Shown one piece after another: positions 12,495 to 25,200 of a stretch of DNA of 64,000 nt. The translations under genes and the position numbers were made by a program. Positions within the stretch are counted from its first letter, which is position 1. Each line of letters starts with the position of its first letter. The notes under the pieces were generated by a model, which saw nothing but the letters and a program-made list of their open reading frames with translations, searched no databases and was not told the origin of the DNA. Source of the stretch: Somniosus microcephalus (taxonomy: Eukaryota). Location: the NCBI GenBank assembly GCA_052327205.1, contig CM126215.1, positions 2,108,001-2,172,000 of the forward strand, written 5' to 3'.

Positions 12495-13130
12495 AATCAT
12501 ACAGCACAGAAGGAGGCCATTTGACCCATCGCGCCTCTGCCAACTCTTGAAAGACCTATCCAATTAATCCCATAGCCCTGCAATCTTTCCCCTTCATGTA
12601 TTTCTCCAATTCCCTTTTGAAAGTTACTTTTGAATCTGCTTCCTCCGCCCTTTCAGATCATCATGACTCGCTGCGTAAAAACAATTCTCCTCATCTCCCC
12701 TCTGCTCCTTTTGTCAATTACCTTAAATCTGTGTCCTCTGGTTACCGACCCTCCTGCCACTGGAAACAGTTGCTCCCTATTTACTCTGTCAAAACCCTCA
12801 TAATTTTGAACACCTCTATTAAATCTCTCCTTAACCATCTCTGCTCTAAGGGAAGCAATCCCAGGTTCTCTAGTCTTTCCACATAACTGAAGTCCCTCAC
12901 CCCTGGTACCATTCTAGTAAATCTCCTCTCCAAAGCCTTGACATCCTTCCTAAAGTGCAGTGCCCAGAATTGAACACAATACTCCAGCTGAGGCCTAATC
13001 AGTGTTTTATATCGGTTTAACATCACTTCCTGGCTGTTGTACTCTCTGCCTCTATGTATAAAGCCCAGGATCCCGTCTGCTTTTTAAACAGCCTTATCAA
13101 CTTGTCCGGCCACCTTCAAAGATTTGTGTG
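12495..13130 (-). mobile_element. CR1 (HER1-like) LINE 3' fragment
   Basis: Peptides LIRPQLEYCVQFW and TRGHRFKV in ORFs 12781-13026 and 12653-12838. Confidence 0.85.
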
Positions 13131-13507
13131 GTGCAGGTTTCCAGCGACAAGGGCACTTGAATAGAACTTGTGACTCACTTCAGCAGCTTCTGATGACGAA
13201 CTCAACAGTGATATTGTCTGAAACTTGAGAGCAAGTTGGTCCGGGAACCACGGGTGGCACAAGAGAGCTCGTTTTAGAAGAGGTTGGAGGGAGAGCAGGT
13301 ATCCACACCTAACATTTGAATCAAGTTTAGTGTGAGAGTGATTGTGAGCATCTTGCATTATTCACAGAAGAAGAAAGCAAGAGTGTCACAAAACAGTGGT
13401 CAGGTTCCCGTAATAAGGTGGCGCCGTGTCTGGCGCTAATTTCTGCATCCTCCTTAAGCCAGTGGAGTGAGCCAGGCTGGATAGGGACTGCTGTGTATTA
13501 AAAATAG

Positions 13508-13955
13508 GAATGATACCAGGGCTAAAAGGGTTAAATTATGAGGACAGGTTGCGTAGACTGGGCTTGTATTCCCTCGAGTTTAGAAGATTAAGGGGTGATC
13601 TAATTGAGGTGTTTAAGATGATTAAAGGAGTTGATCGGGTCGATAGAGGGAAACTATTTCCTCTGGTGGGGAGTCCAGAACAAAAGGGGGCAGAACCTTA
13701 AAAGTTCAGGGGTGATGTCCGGAAGCACTTCTTCACACAAAGGGTGGTGGAAATCTGGAACTCTCCCCCAAAGAGCTGTTGAGGCTGGGGGTCAATTGAA
13801 AATTTCAAAACAGTGATTGATAGATTTTTGTTAGGAAGTGTGTTCAGGGTTATGGCACCAAGGCGGATAGATGGAGTTAAGATACAGATCAGCTATGATC
13901 TAATTGAATGGTGGAACAGGCTCGAGCGGCTAAATGACCTACTCCTGTTTCTGTG
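13508..13955 (+). mobile_element. CR1 LINE 3' fragment
   Basis: YEDRLRRLGLYSLEFRRLRGDLIEVFKM followed by a CR1-type tail. Confidence 0.85.
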
Positions 13956-14148
13956 TCTGGTGTTATCTCAGAAATGTTGTCCAGTGATCCCTTTAATCCT
14001 GTTACTGTGCATCAGGGTTAGAAAAGAAAACATATAAAGGAGATCAGCAGGCTCTGTGTTATCACCATCTTTAACAATCAGTGCTCCCTTATCTTCTTGG
14101 AAGGAGCCAGGCACAGAACTGCTATCCTGCACTGAGCCATGGATCTAC

Positions 14149-17100
14149 TGTTGAGTCTGTGTTTCCAAATGTAGTTATGCTGAATAACTGGACACAGACT
14201 ACAGAAATAATTAAACAGGTCTTTAGTAATTGAGGGTCAGGGCTGAACTGGAATACACTTTGCTCCACAGGGTTTATGTACAGGAGCCATCAAAAAGTAG
14301 TCCATCACCTTAAGGTATCCTCTTAAGGTGGTACAGGTTACATACACTACAATTCCTCCCCTTTTAGCTTAACAGTGTACACCCCAATTTAAACATTACA
14401 TGGATAACATATATACAACTTTCACACAAAACTGTTCAAAGATTCAGTCTCTGAGGAGGCCTCCTGATCCGGGCCGGATAACGCCTTTCAGGGGTCTCTG
14501 GTTCTCGTTGCTGGGGTGACTCATCCATGTGATCTCCTATGGATTGAACATCATCATGTACGTTCGAGTCTGAGGTAGATGCTACAGGCTCAATAACTTC
14601 TTCAACTGGTGTCTCTGCCGTAGACATGGGGTCGACCCTTGTTCTCGATTCCACAAGTTGGTCAGCATGACGTCGTATTACGTTCTCTCCAACGTCTACC
14701 GTGTACATCAAGGGTCCTTGTCGGGCACGAATTGTTCCGGATTGCCATTTATCATTCCTATAGTCCCTGGCCAACACTGGTTGTCCTATTTCGAAACTCC
14801 GAGTGGCCTTGTTATTTACGTGCTGGAATTGCTTGTTTTCGACTTCCCTACGCACATTGGGTTTTAACAAATCCAACCGGGACCGCAACCTCCTGTTATA
14901 GAACATTATGGCAGGGCTTTGATTTGTCACTGCATGCGTGGCGTTTCGATATGCCATCAGGAAATTGTCCACCTTGTGTTGTAGTGGAATATGGTCTTCG
15001 CTCATGGCCTTTATCGCCTTTTTGAACGTTTGTACAAATCTCTCAGCCAACCCATTTGTAGCCGGATGATATGGGGCAGATGTATAGTGTTTCACCCCAT
15101 TCTTTTTCATGAATTTCTGGAATTCTTCTGACACGAACTGTGGTCCGTTGTCTGAACATATTTGTTCCAGCAACCCATTCCTTGCAAATAATGGTTCTTA
15201 GAACTGCGATCGTCTTTTCAGAGGTAGTGGTCGACATCTTAATCACTTCAGGCCATTTAGAATGTGCGTCTACTGCTATCAAAAACATGGAATCCATGAA
15301 TGGACCTGCAAAGTCGATATGCACACGTTGCCATGGGGTTGAAGGCCATTCCCATGGATGCAGTGGTGCAATTGGAGGTGCGTTTTGAACTTTTTGGCAC
15401 CCTGAGCAGCTTTTAGTCAGATCCTCTATTTGTTTGTCGATACCTGACCACCACACATAAGCCCTAGCAAGGCTTTTCATCTTGACTCCCCCCAGATGAC
15501 CTTCATGCAATTCCTTCAGAACTCTCTCCCTTAATTTAGGAGGAATAATCACCCTTGTTCCATACATCAATGTTCCTTGACAGACGGACAGCTGTTCTCG
15601 TCTGGCTGAGAATGCTGGTAACAGTGGGTCACCATGTGCTGGCCATCCCTTCACTGTCAAATCGTAGACCCGAGACAGTGTCGGGTCATTTCGGGTCTCT
15701 CTCTCAATACCTGCATTGGTGACTGGTAAGCATTCGATGATGGTCGAGTGAAATATCTCGACAGGGTCAACTACCGGTGCCTCTTCCACTGTAGGTAGTG
15801 GCAGGCGCGACAGCCCATCAGCATTACCATGTTGCTTTGTACCTTTGAATTCGATATCATATTGATGTGCCCCTAGGAAAAGGGACCATCTCTGAAGCCT
15901 CTGCGCCGTCATAACCGGAACACCCTTCTTAGGGTTAAAAATGGAAACCAACGGCTGGTGATCTGTCAGCAGCGTAAACTTTTGGCCTTGCAGGTAATGG
16001 TTAAATTTCTTAACTCCCCACACGAGGCTGAGAGCCTCCCTATCTATCTGAGCATAGTTGCGCTCTGCGGAGGTCAATGATCTGGATGCGAACGCGACTG
16101 GCCTTTCCAAGCCATTTGGAAACTTATGTGAGAGCACTGCCCCGATACCATATGGAGAAGCATCACAAGCTAAGCGAATAGGCAGCGTTGGGTTAAAGTG
16201 AGCCAACACTTCCTTAGAGGTGATCAGTGCCTTGCTTTTTTGAAAAGCCCGCTTACAATCATCGCTCCACTTCCATGGTATTCCCATTTGCAAAAGAGTG
16301 TTCAGCGGGTGTAACACCGTGGATAAATTTGGAAGAAACTTGTGGTAATAGTTAACCAACCCAAGGAACGACCTCAACTGGGATACATTTTCCGGAGCGG
16401 GAGCTTTCACAACAGCTTCGATCTTGTCAGGTGACTTATGGAGCCCCTCCTGGTCAATGACGTGGCCGCAGTACGAGATTCGCTTTTGAAAGAACTCACA
16501 TTTCTGGCGATTAACTCTGAGCCCATATTCTTTCAATCTGGTGAGCACCTGCTCCAAATTCGCAAGGTGATCCTTATCATCATCTCCTGTAATCAGAATG
16601 TCGTCCAGGTAGCATTGTATGCCTGGAATTCCCTGCAATACCTGCTCCATGGCCCTTTGCCAAATCGCTGGAGCCGATGCCACTCCAAAAACTAGTCTAT
16701 TATACCGATATAAGCCCTTATGTGTGTTGATCGTGAGATACTGGCGTGACGCTTCATCAACTTCCATCTGTAGGTATGCCTGCGCCAGGTCTATCTTGGT
16801 GAAGTGTTTCCCGCCAGACAGCGAAGCGAAGATATCTTCAATCCGCGGAAGCAGATATTGCACCGTGTGAAGAACCGGATTAACAGTGATCTTGAAATCG
16901 CCACAGATGCGAACCTTCCCAGGTTCCCCCGACTTGTTGCTCAACGAACGCTTCATGACAGGAACAATGGGTGTGGCCCATTCGCTCCAGTCCACCTTTG
17001 ACAGTACTCCTGAACGTTCTAGCCCTTCCAGCTCTGCTTCCACAGCAGGTCGTATCGCATAAGGTACCGGTCTGGCTTTAAAAAATTTTGGGTTTGCATG

Positions 17101-19199
17101 TTCTTCAACCTTGATGTTTGCCGTAATTCCTTTCAGTGTTCCCAGTCCCTGTTGGAACACCTCCTTAGCATCGTCCAATATTTTGGACAGTCATTTAGGT
17201 TTGACGTCGTCCTCTTTACAGGAATCTACAGTCAGTGCTTGTATGGAATGCCAGTCCACATTTATTCTCCGGATCCATTCCCGTCCCTGTAGTGGCGGAC
17301 CTCCATCAGGTAACACATACAAGTCCATTTCCTGACTTTCTTTACCATTGTAGACCACATTTACTTTTATCTTTCCAATGGGGTATACTATTTGCCCCGT
17401 GTATGTTTTCAATACAATCTCCGTATCCCTCAGGGGAATGTGCGAGAATAACCTTTTGTAATCTTGCTTATTCATGACTGTCAATGCCGATCCAGTGTCC
17501 AATTCCATCTTCACTTGGACTCCTGCTATCCGAAGCATGACCCAGATAGTTTGGTGGTCTGCTGTGTTACCCACATTATGTATTTTTAGACAACCCAGTT
17601 CCTTACTGCTGGAGTCTGAATCCATCTTCTGTTCATCCGAACTGTTCTCTGTCACCTTGTGTACTTTTTTGTACTTCTCCTGCGGCGACTTTTTGCTGCT
17701 GGTCTTCTTTCCTGACCGGCATACTCTCGCTATGTGACCAAGTTTGCCACATTGCCTGCATTCTTTATCTTTGAACCAGCACTGGTTCTGGTCATGTGTT
17801 GTCCTTCCGCAACGATAGCACTTTACTGCGCCCAATGCCATTTCATTGGTGCTGAATTCCAATGGCCTTTGCTGTATCTCTGCAGCACCTCGTGCTGCTG
17901 CCTTGTGCGATGCTGCAATGCTGAAAGCTTTGTCCAGCGTAAGATCCTTTTCCTCTAGCAGTCGCTTCTGGGTTCCTTCCCGTAGGAGCCCACACACAAA
18001 CTTATCTCTCAGTGCGTCTGCTAGTCCTGTACCGAACTGACAGTACTTTGATAACTTGCGCAGTTCGATTAAGAATTCAGCGTTGCTTTCCTCTTTAAGT
18101 TGGATTCTTTTGTAGAATTTAAATCGTTCCGCTATCAGCAGCGGCGTGGGGTTTAAATGCTCTTGCAGGATAGTAACAATATCCGCGAAACTCTTTCCTA
18201 CCGGTTTATCTGGTGTTACAAGGTTCCTTAATAACCCATACGTCTTCGCACCCATCGAGTTTAATAGGGTTAGTGCTTTCTTATCCTCCGGTACCTCATT
18301 CGTTGTACAGTAAACTTCGACGCGTTCCACATAAGTGGCCCAATCTTCCACATCGCTATCAAAAGCAGTGATGTTACCCGTTTTTGGCATCCTTGTTGAG
18401 TTTCCTTTCCTTCGGATATGATTATTATTTTATTTTATTTTTTTCAAAATGGCGGCTTCCCGCGCTTGGCGGCTTTTCCCGAGCTTGTCTTCTTCCCCCG
18501 CCGACTCAAAATGGCGATTACCGCGCTGTTGCCGTTCTCGCCTCCCAGCGGTCCTTTATTTTCCCCTACGCTGCTGCTCTTGTTCCCCGCCGCTCCCGTG
18601 GTCCTTGTGGACATAAACGCTTTTCTGGCTGCTGCGCGTCTCTGCCCCGATTGCAGTCCGGCCCCTGACACCGGCTGCGGTCATGTTCTCCGCCCTTTTC
18701 GTCGTTTCCCTCCCCTTCTCTTACTGGCAACTCGGCCGACTTCCCCCCCGTGCCGCTCGATCGGGCTTACCCGCCGCTGTCGTCGAAGGGATGTTCACTG
18801 ATGTTTAACTTCGTGGCCAGAAACCAACCCGGGTTCCCGATTGCCTCCCGTGCTATGCAGTGCCCAGCAGGATGTTGAGGGTGGATGTCCTTGATCGACG
18901 CCCGTTTCAGAGGCGAAGCTTCCTTTGATGCAACTGCCGCTAGGTAAGATCAGACTCGTCGCCACTGTTGAGTCTGTGTTTCCAAATGTAGTTATGCTGA
19001 ATAACTGGACACAGACTACAGAAATAATTAAACAGGTCTTTAGTAATTGAGGGTCAGGGCTGAACTGGAATACACTTTGCTCCACAGGGTTTATATACCG
19101 GTGTGGTCACCACCGGTACTACAATGTACAGGAGCCATCAAAAAGTAGTCCATCACCTTAAGGAATCCTCTTAAGGTGGTACAGGTTACATACACTACA
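14149..19199 (-). mobile_element. Full-length Gypsy (Mag-like) LTR retrotransposon, inactivated
   Basis: TG..CA LTRs 18966-19199 (5') and 14149-14351 (3'); TSD TCTAC; PBS TGGCGACGAG (tRNA-Ser type); PPT at 14352-14366. Confidence 0.97.
14436..18390 (-). pseudogene. Disrupted gag-pol polyprotein
   Basis: Two CCHC knuckles, protease LDTG, RT YLDD, RNase H and integrase DDE. In-frame TGA at 17191-17193 (the related element has CGA at the equivalent position) and a frameshift near 15185. Confidence 0.93.
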
Positions 19200-19799
19200 T
19201 CTACAGTAAACAGACTTGAAAACCAAGTATTTAGGTTGGCGTTGAAGCCAAGTACACAGTAGTTCTGTGAAGGTAGGGACCGTTATGTGCTGTATCAACA
19301 AGCAATTGTGATTCATTCAGATAGGGCACTGGTGCAAGTCAAATTCTGCAGGTTTGTGAGCTCATTAATTGGCAAGAGGTCAGAACAAGTGGTTGAGGTC
19401 TCCAACATAAATGGAATCTCCATCAGAGGCTGCCATTTTATATCTTCGATAAATAGGCTATCTAGAGAAAGCTCATGGCTACATTCCAGAATGACCTTCA
19501 AGGAGATCTACTCTGGATTGCACAATGTCACTGGATTATCTGTCACTGCCTGGTGGGTAACATTTCTGTATGCCTTTCCATTTCCCCTTAATAGTATAGA
19601 TCTCTCGCAAGATTTAAATAGGGGAAAAGATGGTCATTCTTATTAAATCTCCACCCCCAGTGGCAGAGGAAGACCTTCCTCTCTGATCACCAAACCTTCA
19701 ACATCAGCCAGCCCATCATGATCCTTGATGGGAAGACTATACTGCGTCAGACGAGCATGTAGAAAGGGCTCTAGAATCTAAGTTCCAGTGGTCAGTTGT

Positions 19800-21300
19800 G
19801 ACAACAACTTATGTTTATATAGTGCCTTTAACATAGTAAAACGTCCAAGGTGCTTCACAGGAGTATTATCAAACAAAATTTACACCGAGCCACATAAAGA
19901 GACATTGGGACTGATGACTAAAAGCTTGGTCAAAGAGGTCGGTTTTAAGGAGCATCTTAAAGGCGGATGGAGAGGCGAAGAGGTTTACGGAGGGAATTCC
20001 AGAGCTTGGGGCCTAGGCAGCTGAAGGCACGGCCATCAATGGTGGAGCGATTAAAATCGGGGATGTGCAAGAGGATAGAATTGAAAGATTCAGAGATCTC
20101 GGAGGGTTGTAGGGCTGGAGGAGGTTACAGAGATAGGGAGGGGCGAGGCCATGGAGAGATTTGAAAACAAGGATAAGAATGTTAAAATCGAGGTGTTGCC
20201 GGACTGGGAGCCAATGTAGGTCAGCGAGCACAGGGGGTGATGGGTGAACCGGACTTGGTGCGAGTCAGGACACGGGGCAGTGAGCACAGGGGGTGATGGG
20301 TGAACGGGACGGGGCGAGTTAGGACACGGGGCAGTGAGCACAGGAGGTGATGGGTGAACGGGGCTGGGTGTGAGTTAGGACACGGGGCAGTGAGCACGGG
20401 GTGATGGGTGAACGGGACTGGGTGTGAGTTAGGACACGGGGCAGTGAGCACAGGGGGAGATGGGTGAACGGGACTGGGTGTGAGTTAGGACACGTGGCAG
20501 TGAGCACAGGGGGTGATGGGTGAATGGGACTGGGTGTGAGTTAGGACACGGGGCAGTGAGCACAGGGGGTGATGGGTGAACGGGACTGGGTGTGAGTTAG
20601 GACACGGGGCAGTGAGCACAGGGGGTGATGGGTGAACGGGACTTGGTGCGAGTTAGGACACGGGGCAGTGAGCACAGGGGGTGATGGGTGAACGGGACTG
20701 GGTGTGAGTTAGGACACGGGGCAGTGAGCACAGGGGGTGATGGGTGAACGGGACTGGGTGTGAGTTAGGACACGGGGCAGTGAGCACAGGGGGTGATGGG
20801 TGAACAGGACTTGGTGCGAGTTAGGACACGGGGCAGTGAGCACAGGGGGTGATGGGTGAACGGGACTGGGTGTGAGTTAGGACACGGGGCAGTGAGCACA
20901 GGGGGTGATGGGTGAGCGGGACTGGGTGTGAGTTAGGACATGGGGCAGTGAGCACAGGGGGTGATGGGTGAACGGGACTTGGTGCGAGTTAGGACACGGG
21001 GCAGTGAGCACAGGGGGTGATGGGTGAACGGGACTGGGTGTGAGTTAGGACACGGGCAGCAGAGTTTTGGATGAGCTCCAGTTTACGGAGGAGGAAGATG
21101 GGAGGTCGGCCAGGAGAGCGTTGGAATAGTCAAGTCTCGAGGTAACAAAGGCCTGGATGAGGGTTTCAGCAGTAGATGAGCCGAGGCAGAGGCGGACTCA
21201 GGTGATGTTACAGAGGTGGAAGAAGGTGGTTTTGGTGATGTAGCAGATATGTGGTCGGAAGCTCATCTCGGGGTCAAATATGACCCCAAGGTTGCGAACG
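19800..21300 (-). mobile_element. L2-type LINE 3' fragment containing a tandem expansion
   Basis: LADLHWLPVRQ..ILILVFKSLHGLAPPYL (ORF 20013-20231) and an L2 tail at ~19800. Confidence 0.85.
20222..21058. repeat. 56-bp minisatellite, ~15 copies
   Basis: Unit tgggtgaacgggactgggtgtgagttaggacacggggcagtgagcacagggggtga. Confidence 0.96.
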
Positions 21301-22208
21301 GACATTACTTCTAGGAAAACTTTGACTTTGAAGATGTACAATGCCAAATGGAAATGAGTCCACCAGTGACACAATCATAACTTTACTATACCAGGGTATG
21401 ACGTACCAGCAATCTTAACCTATGTCCACATGCTGCTGGATCAGACACCGAGTCTGCTGTCACTTCTTGTTGCTGCTATGCTGCTGATTGCAGGATAGCA
21501 GCATGGTGTACAAAAGATTGTTGGAATATGAGTTTAGTTTCCAGTTTGTTCCTACGTGGGACTTGCACCTAACCTGAGTTAGTTAGGCAAAGCTTGTTTC
21601 TGGATTTCTCATGTCTTAGGAAATCAAAATGTCAAATTTTTATCTATCTCAAGTTTCTTCTGTTAAAAAGAAGTATCACTAAGTTGGGCACCGGATATTC
21701 AGTTTGCATGCAGAAAGGATGATGAGTCCAAGCAATTTGCTTCCTTTGAAAGCAAGACTTCAAACTCAACTAAATAAAGGCTGGCAAATTGAATAATGCA
21801 GTGCATCTCCTTGAGTTGTTCCCTGGTCGGGTGAGTTCAGTTGGAGAAATTGAGAACTCAATCTCCTTGTGTTGTGGCTCCTTGGGGCCGATGTGCAGGA
21901 TTTCTCTTGAGCACAAGACAGCAAACTTGCTTATCATACAGTGGCTCAAGGTGACGTTCTGATGATGTTGAACCGCAAGTTACCTCAAGTAGCTGGTCCT
22001 CCGAACCTCGCTGTTCACGACTCCAATTTGTACGCGCCGGTTGGGTGAGTGAGGGAGAATGTGAAAATTCCTGAAATGACTGCTGCCAAACACTTGATCC
22101 ATTCACCAGCATTCCTCTGTCCACTGTTAGTGCAGGTGTGAACCCGTCTATTTTATACAGATTAAAGCCTCCGTTAAAACAGTTAAACACTCCTGCACTA
22201 CGACTGAC

Positions 22209-25200
22209 TGTGATGAAATATTCCATTCATCACTGCCTGTGACTGTGGTTGGTTTCAGGTTTCCCCTCACCATTGTATTGCCTGTGACTGTGGTTGGTTT
22301 CAGGTTTCTCCTCACCATTGTTTTGTATATTGGAATGTATGGAATGTGTTGTGTGTAGGGCTCCGCCCATACCTGGCCTTTATGTAAGCCAGCTCAGTCT
22401 GGCCTCATATCCAGTACTGCAGAGCTCCAGATGGAAGATACCTCTCTCCACTGCGTGTTATCTTCTAAGTTAATAAAAGCCTTGTTTTGTTCCGCCAACA
22501 TCGAGTCTCGGGATTATTGAGGCACATCAATTTTATTAACTTATTTTTCAACACAATGGATCAACTCCTGAAACCCGAACGTTTGGATTTGGATCAGCAT
22601 GCTCCGGACGCATCAGCACGCTTCGGACACTGGTTTATGTGTATGGAATTCTTCCTGGACAATTCCGCAGCCGTCAAAGACGCTACGGACGCTGCGAGTA
22701 TGAAACTCGGAATTCTGCGGAATTGGGTAAGCCACCGGGTTTACCCCCTCATCCAAGACGCCGACACGTACCTGGCCGCCTGCGACATCTTAAAGGCGCA
22801 TTACCAGCAGCCTACGAATGAGGTGTATGCTAGGCACCTGCTCGCCACTCGCGCACAGCGACCTGGGGAATCGGTGGAGGAGTTCCTAGGCACCCTGAAA
22901 ATGCTTGGCAAAGACTGCAAGTGCCGAGATGTAAAAGCCGCAGTGTACACCGACGAGCTTGTTCACGATGCCTTTATCACAGGCCTCAGCTCCACTTACA
23001 TCCGGCAAAGACTGCTGGAAAAAACGGGATTGGACCTGAAACCGGCTGTGGACACCGCGCGATCCCTGGATGTGGCCCAGAGAAACTCGGACGCCTACTC
23101 TTCAGCCCGCGCCGTCCACGCCGCCACGTGTGCACCAAGGGCGCCGCCATCTTGGAAGGCATCTTCCCCGCCCGGCAGCCCGACACCGTCGGGGCCCCGC
23201 TCTCCCCCCAGAAGCCCTACGACAGCCGCGACGCGTCGGGGACCCAACTGCTACTTCTGCGGGCAGCCAAAGCACACCAGAAACCTGTGCCCGGCGAAAG
23301 GCACCACCTGCTTTAAGTGCGGTAAGAAGGGGCACTTCGGGAAGGTGTGCAGAGGGAACCCCGCCGGAAAACCAAAACCCGCCACCGCCGTGTGTGCGCC
23401 GTGGGAGCGGCCATCTTGGATGCCACCTTGCCCGACCTCGTGGGGTCCGCCATCTTGTGAGCAGACAGCGTGGACGCCACCTTGTCTCGATCAGGGCCCT
23501 ACAGTGGCATCGGTCACAGTGGACCAGACCAGGCCCCACCCGCTATCCAAATCAATGGTGGACATCGAGGTAAACGGGTGCGGGGTTAAATGTTTAATTG
23601 ACAGTGGAAGCACGGAGAGTTTTATCCACCCTGAACTGGCACAACAACTCTCCCTAAAGGTGGTCCCTACTCGGGGTACCATCTCTATGGCTGATAAAAC
23701 CCAGACATCGACCATTCTGGGTTACTGCACGGTACAATTGTCCGTTAACGGGACTGTATACGATAATTTTAAAGTATTAATCATGAAGAATCTATGCGCG
23801 AGCGTGATCTTGGGCCTGGATTTCCAGTGCAACCACCAAAGCATCACGCTCAAGTACGGTGGGTCCCAGCCGCCCCTCACAGTGTGCGGCCTGGCTAGCC
23901 TGAAGGTAAAGCCGCCTTCGCTATTCGCGAACCTTACCCCTAACTGCCGGCCAATAGCGACCAAAAGCAGGAGGTACAGCTGGGAGGATAGGCGGTTTAT
24001 CGCGACCGAGGTAGACAGGCTCCTGAAAGAGCGCATTATTGAATGCAGCAATAGCCCGTGGCGCGCCCAAGTGGTGGTGGTAAGGGGTAGCGAGAAGAAA
24101 CGGATGGTGATCGACTATAGCCAAACGATCAACAGGTACACCCAACTAGACGCCTACCCGCTACCCCGCATATCAGAAATGGTGAACCAAATCGCCCAAT
24201 ACCGGGTGTTCTCCACCATCGACCTCAAGTCAGCGTACCACCAGCTCCCTATCAGACCAGAGGACCGCCCGTACACCGCCTTCGAGGCGAACGGACGCCT
24301 CTACCAATTCCTCAGAGTCCCCTTTGGGGTGACGAATGGGGTCTCGGTCTTCCAGAGGGAGATGGATCGCATGGTCGATGACCACCACTTGCAGGCAACC
24401 TTCCCCTACCTCGACAACGTCACCATCTGCGGTCACAACCAGCAGGATCACGACTCGAACCTCGAGAGGTTCCTGAAAACTGCACAAAAACTCAACCTCA
24501 CCTACAACGAGGACAAGTGCGTTTTCAACACCACGCGCCTCTGCATACTAGGCAGCGTGGTGAAGAATGGAGAAATCGGACCAGACCCCGACCGATTGCG
24601 CCCCCTACGGGAGCTGCCCCTGCCCAACACTCCCAAAGCCCTGAAAAGGTGCCTGGGGTTATTTTCTTATTATTCCCAATGGGTCCCCAACTACTCCGAC
24701 AAAGCCCGCCCCCTCTTGAAAGCATCCTCTTTTCCGCTCTCTGCTGAGGCCCACGCCGCCTTCAAAAGCATTAAGCAGGATATTGAGTAGGCCACGCTAC
24801 AGGCAGTGGACGAGAACACTCCATTTCAAGTGGAAAGTGATGCGTCTGACTTTGCCTTGGCGGCCACCCTCAACCAGGCGGGGCGGCCCGTAGCTTTCTT
24901 CTCGAGGACCCTCCAAGGGCCCGAGCTCAGACACTCCTCCGTGGAAAAGGAGGCCCAAGCCATCGTGGAGGCAGTGCGCCACTGGCGCCACTACCTAGCC
25001 GGCAAACGCTTCACCCTACTTACCGACCAGCGGTCGGTAGCGTTTATGTTCAATAATAAACAGAGGGGGAAGATCAAAAATGATAAGATTCTTAGGTGGC
25101 GGATCGAGCTCTCCACCTTCGAGTATGACATCATTTACCGGCCAGGGGCCCTTAACGAATCCCCAGATGCCCTCTCACGAGGGATGTGTGCCAGCGCCAC

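Noticed and set aside
17179-17193. Programmed stop readthrough between protease and RT
   Set aside because: The related element has CGA at the equivalent position, so TGA is best explained by CpG deamination; this copy also has a frameshift.
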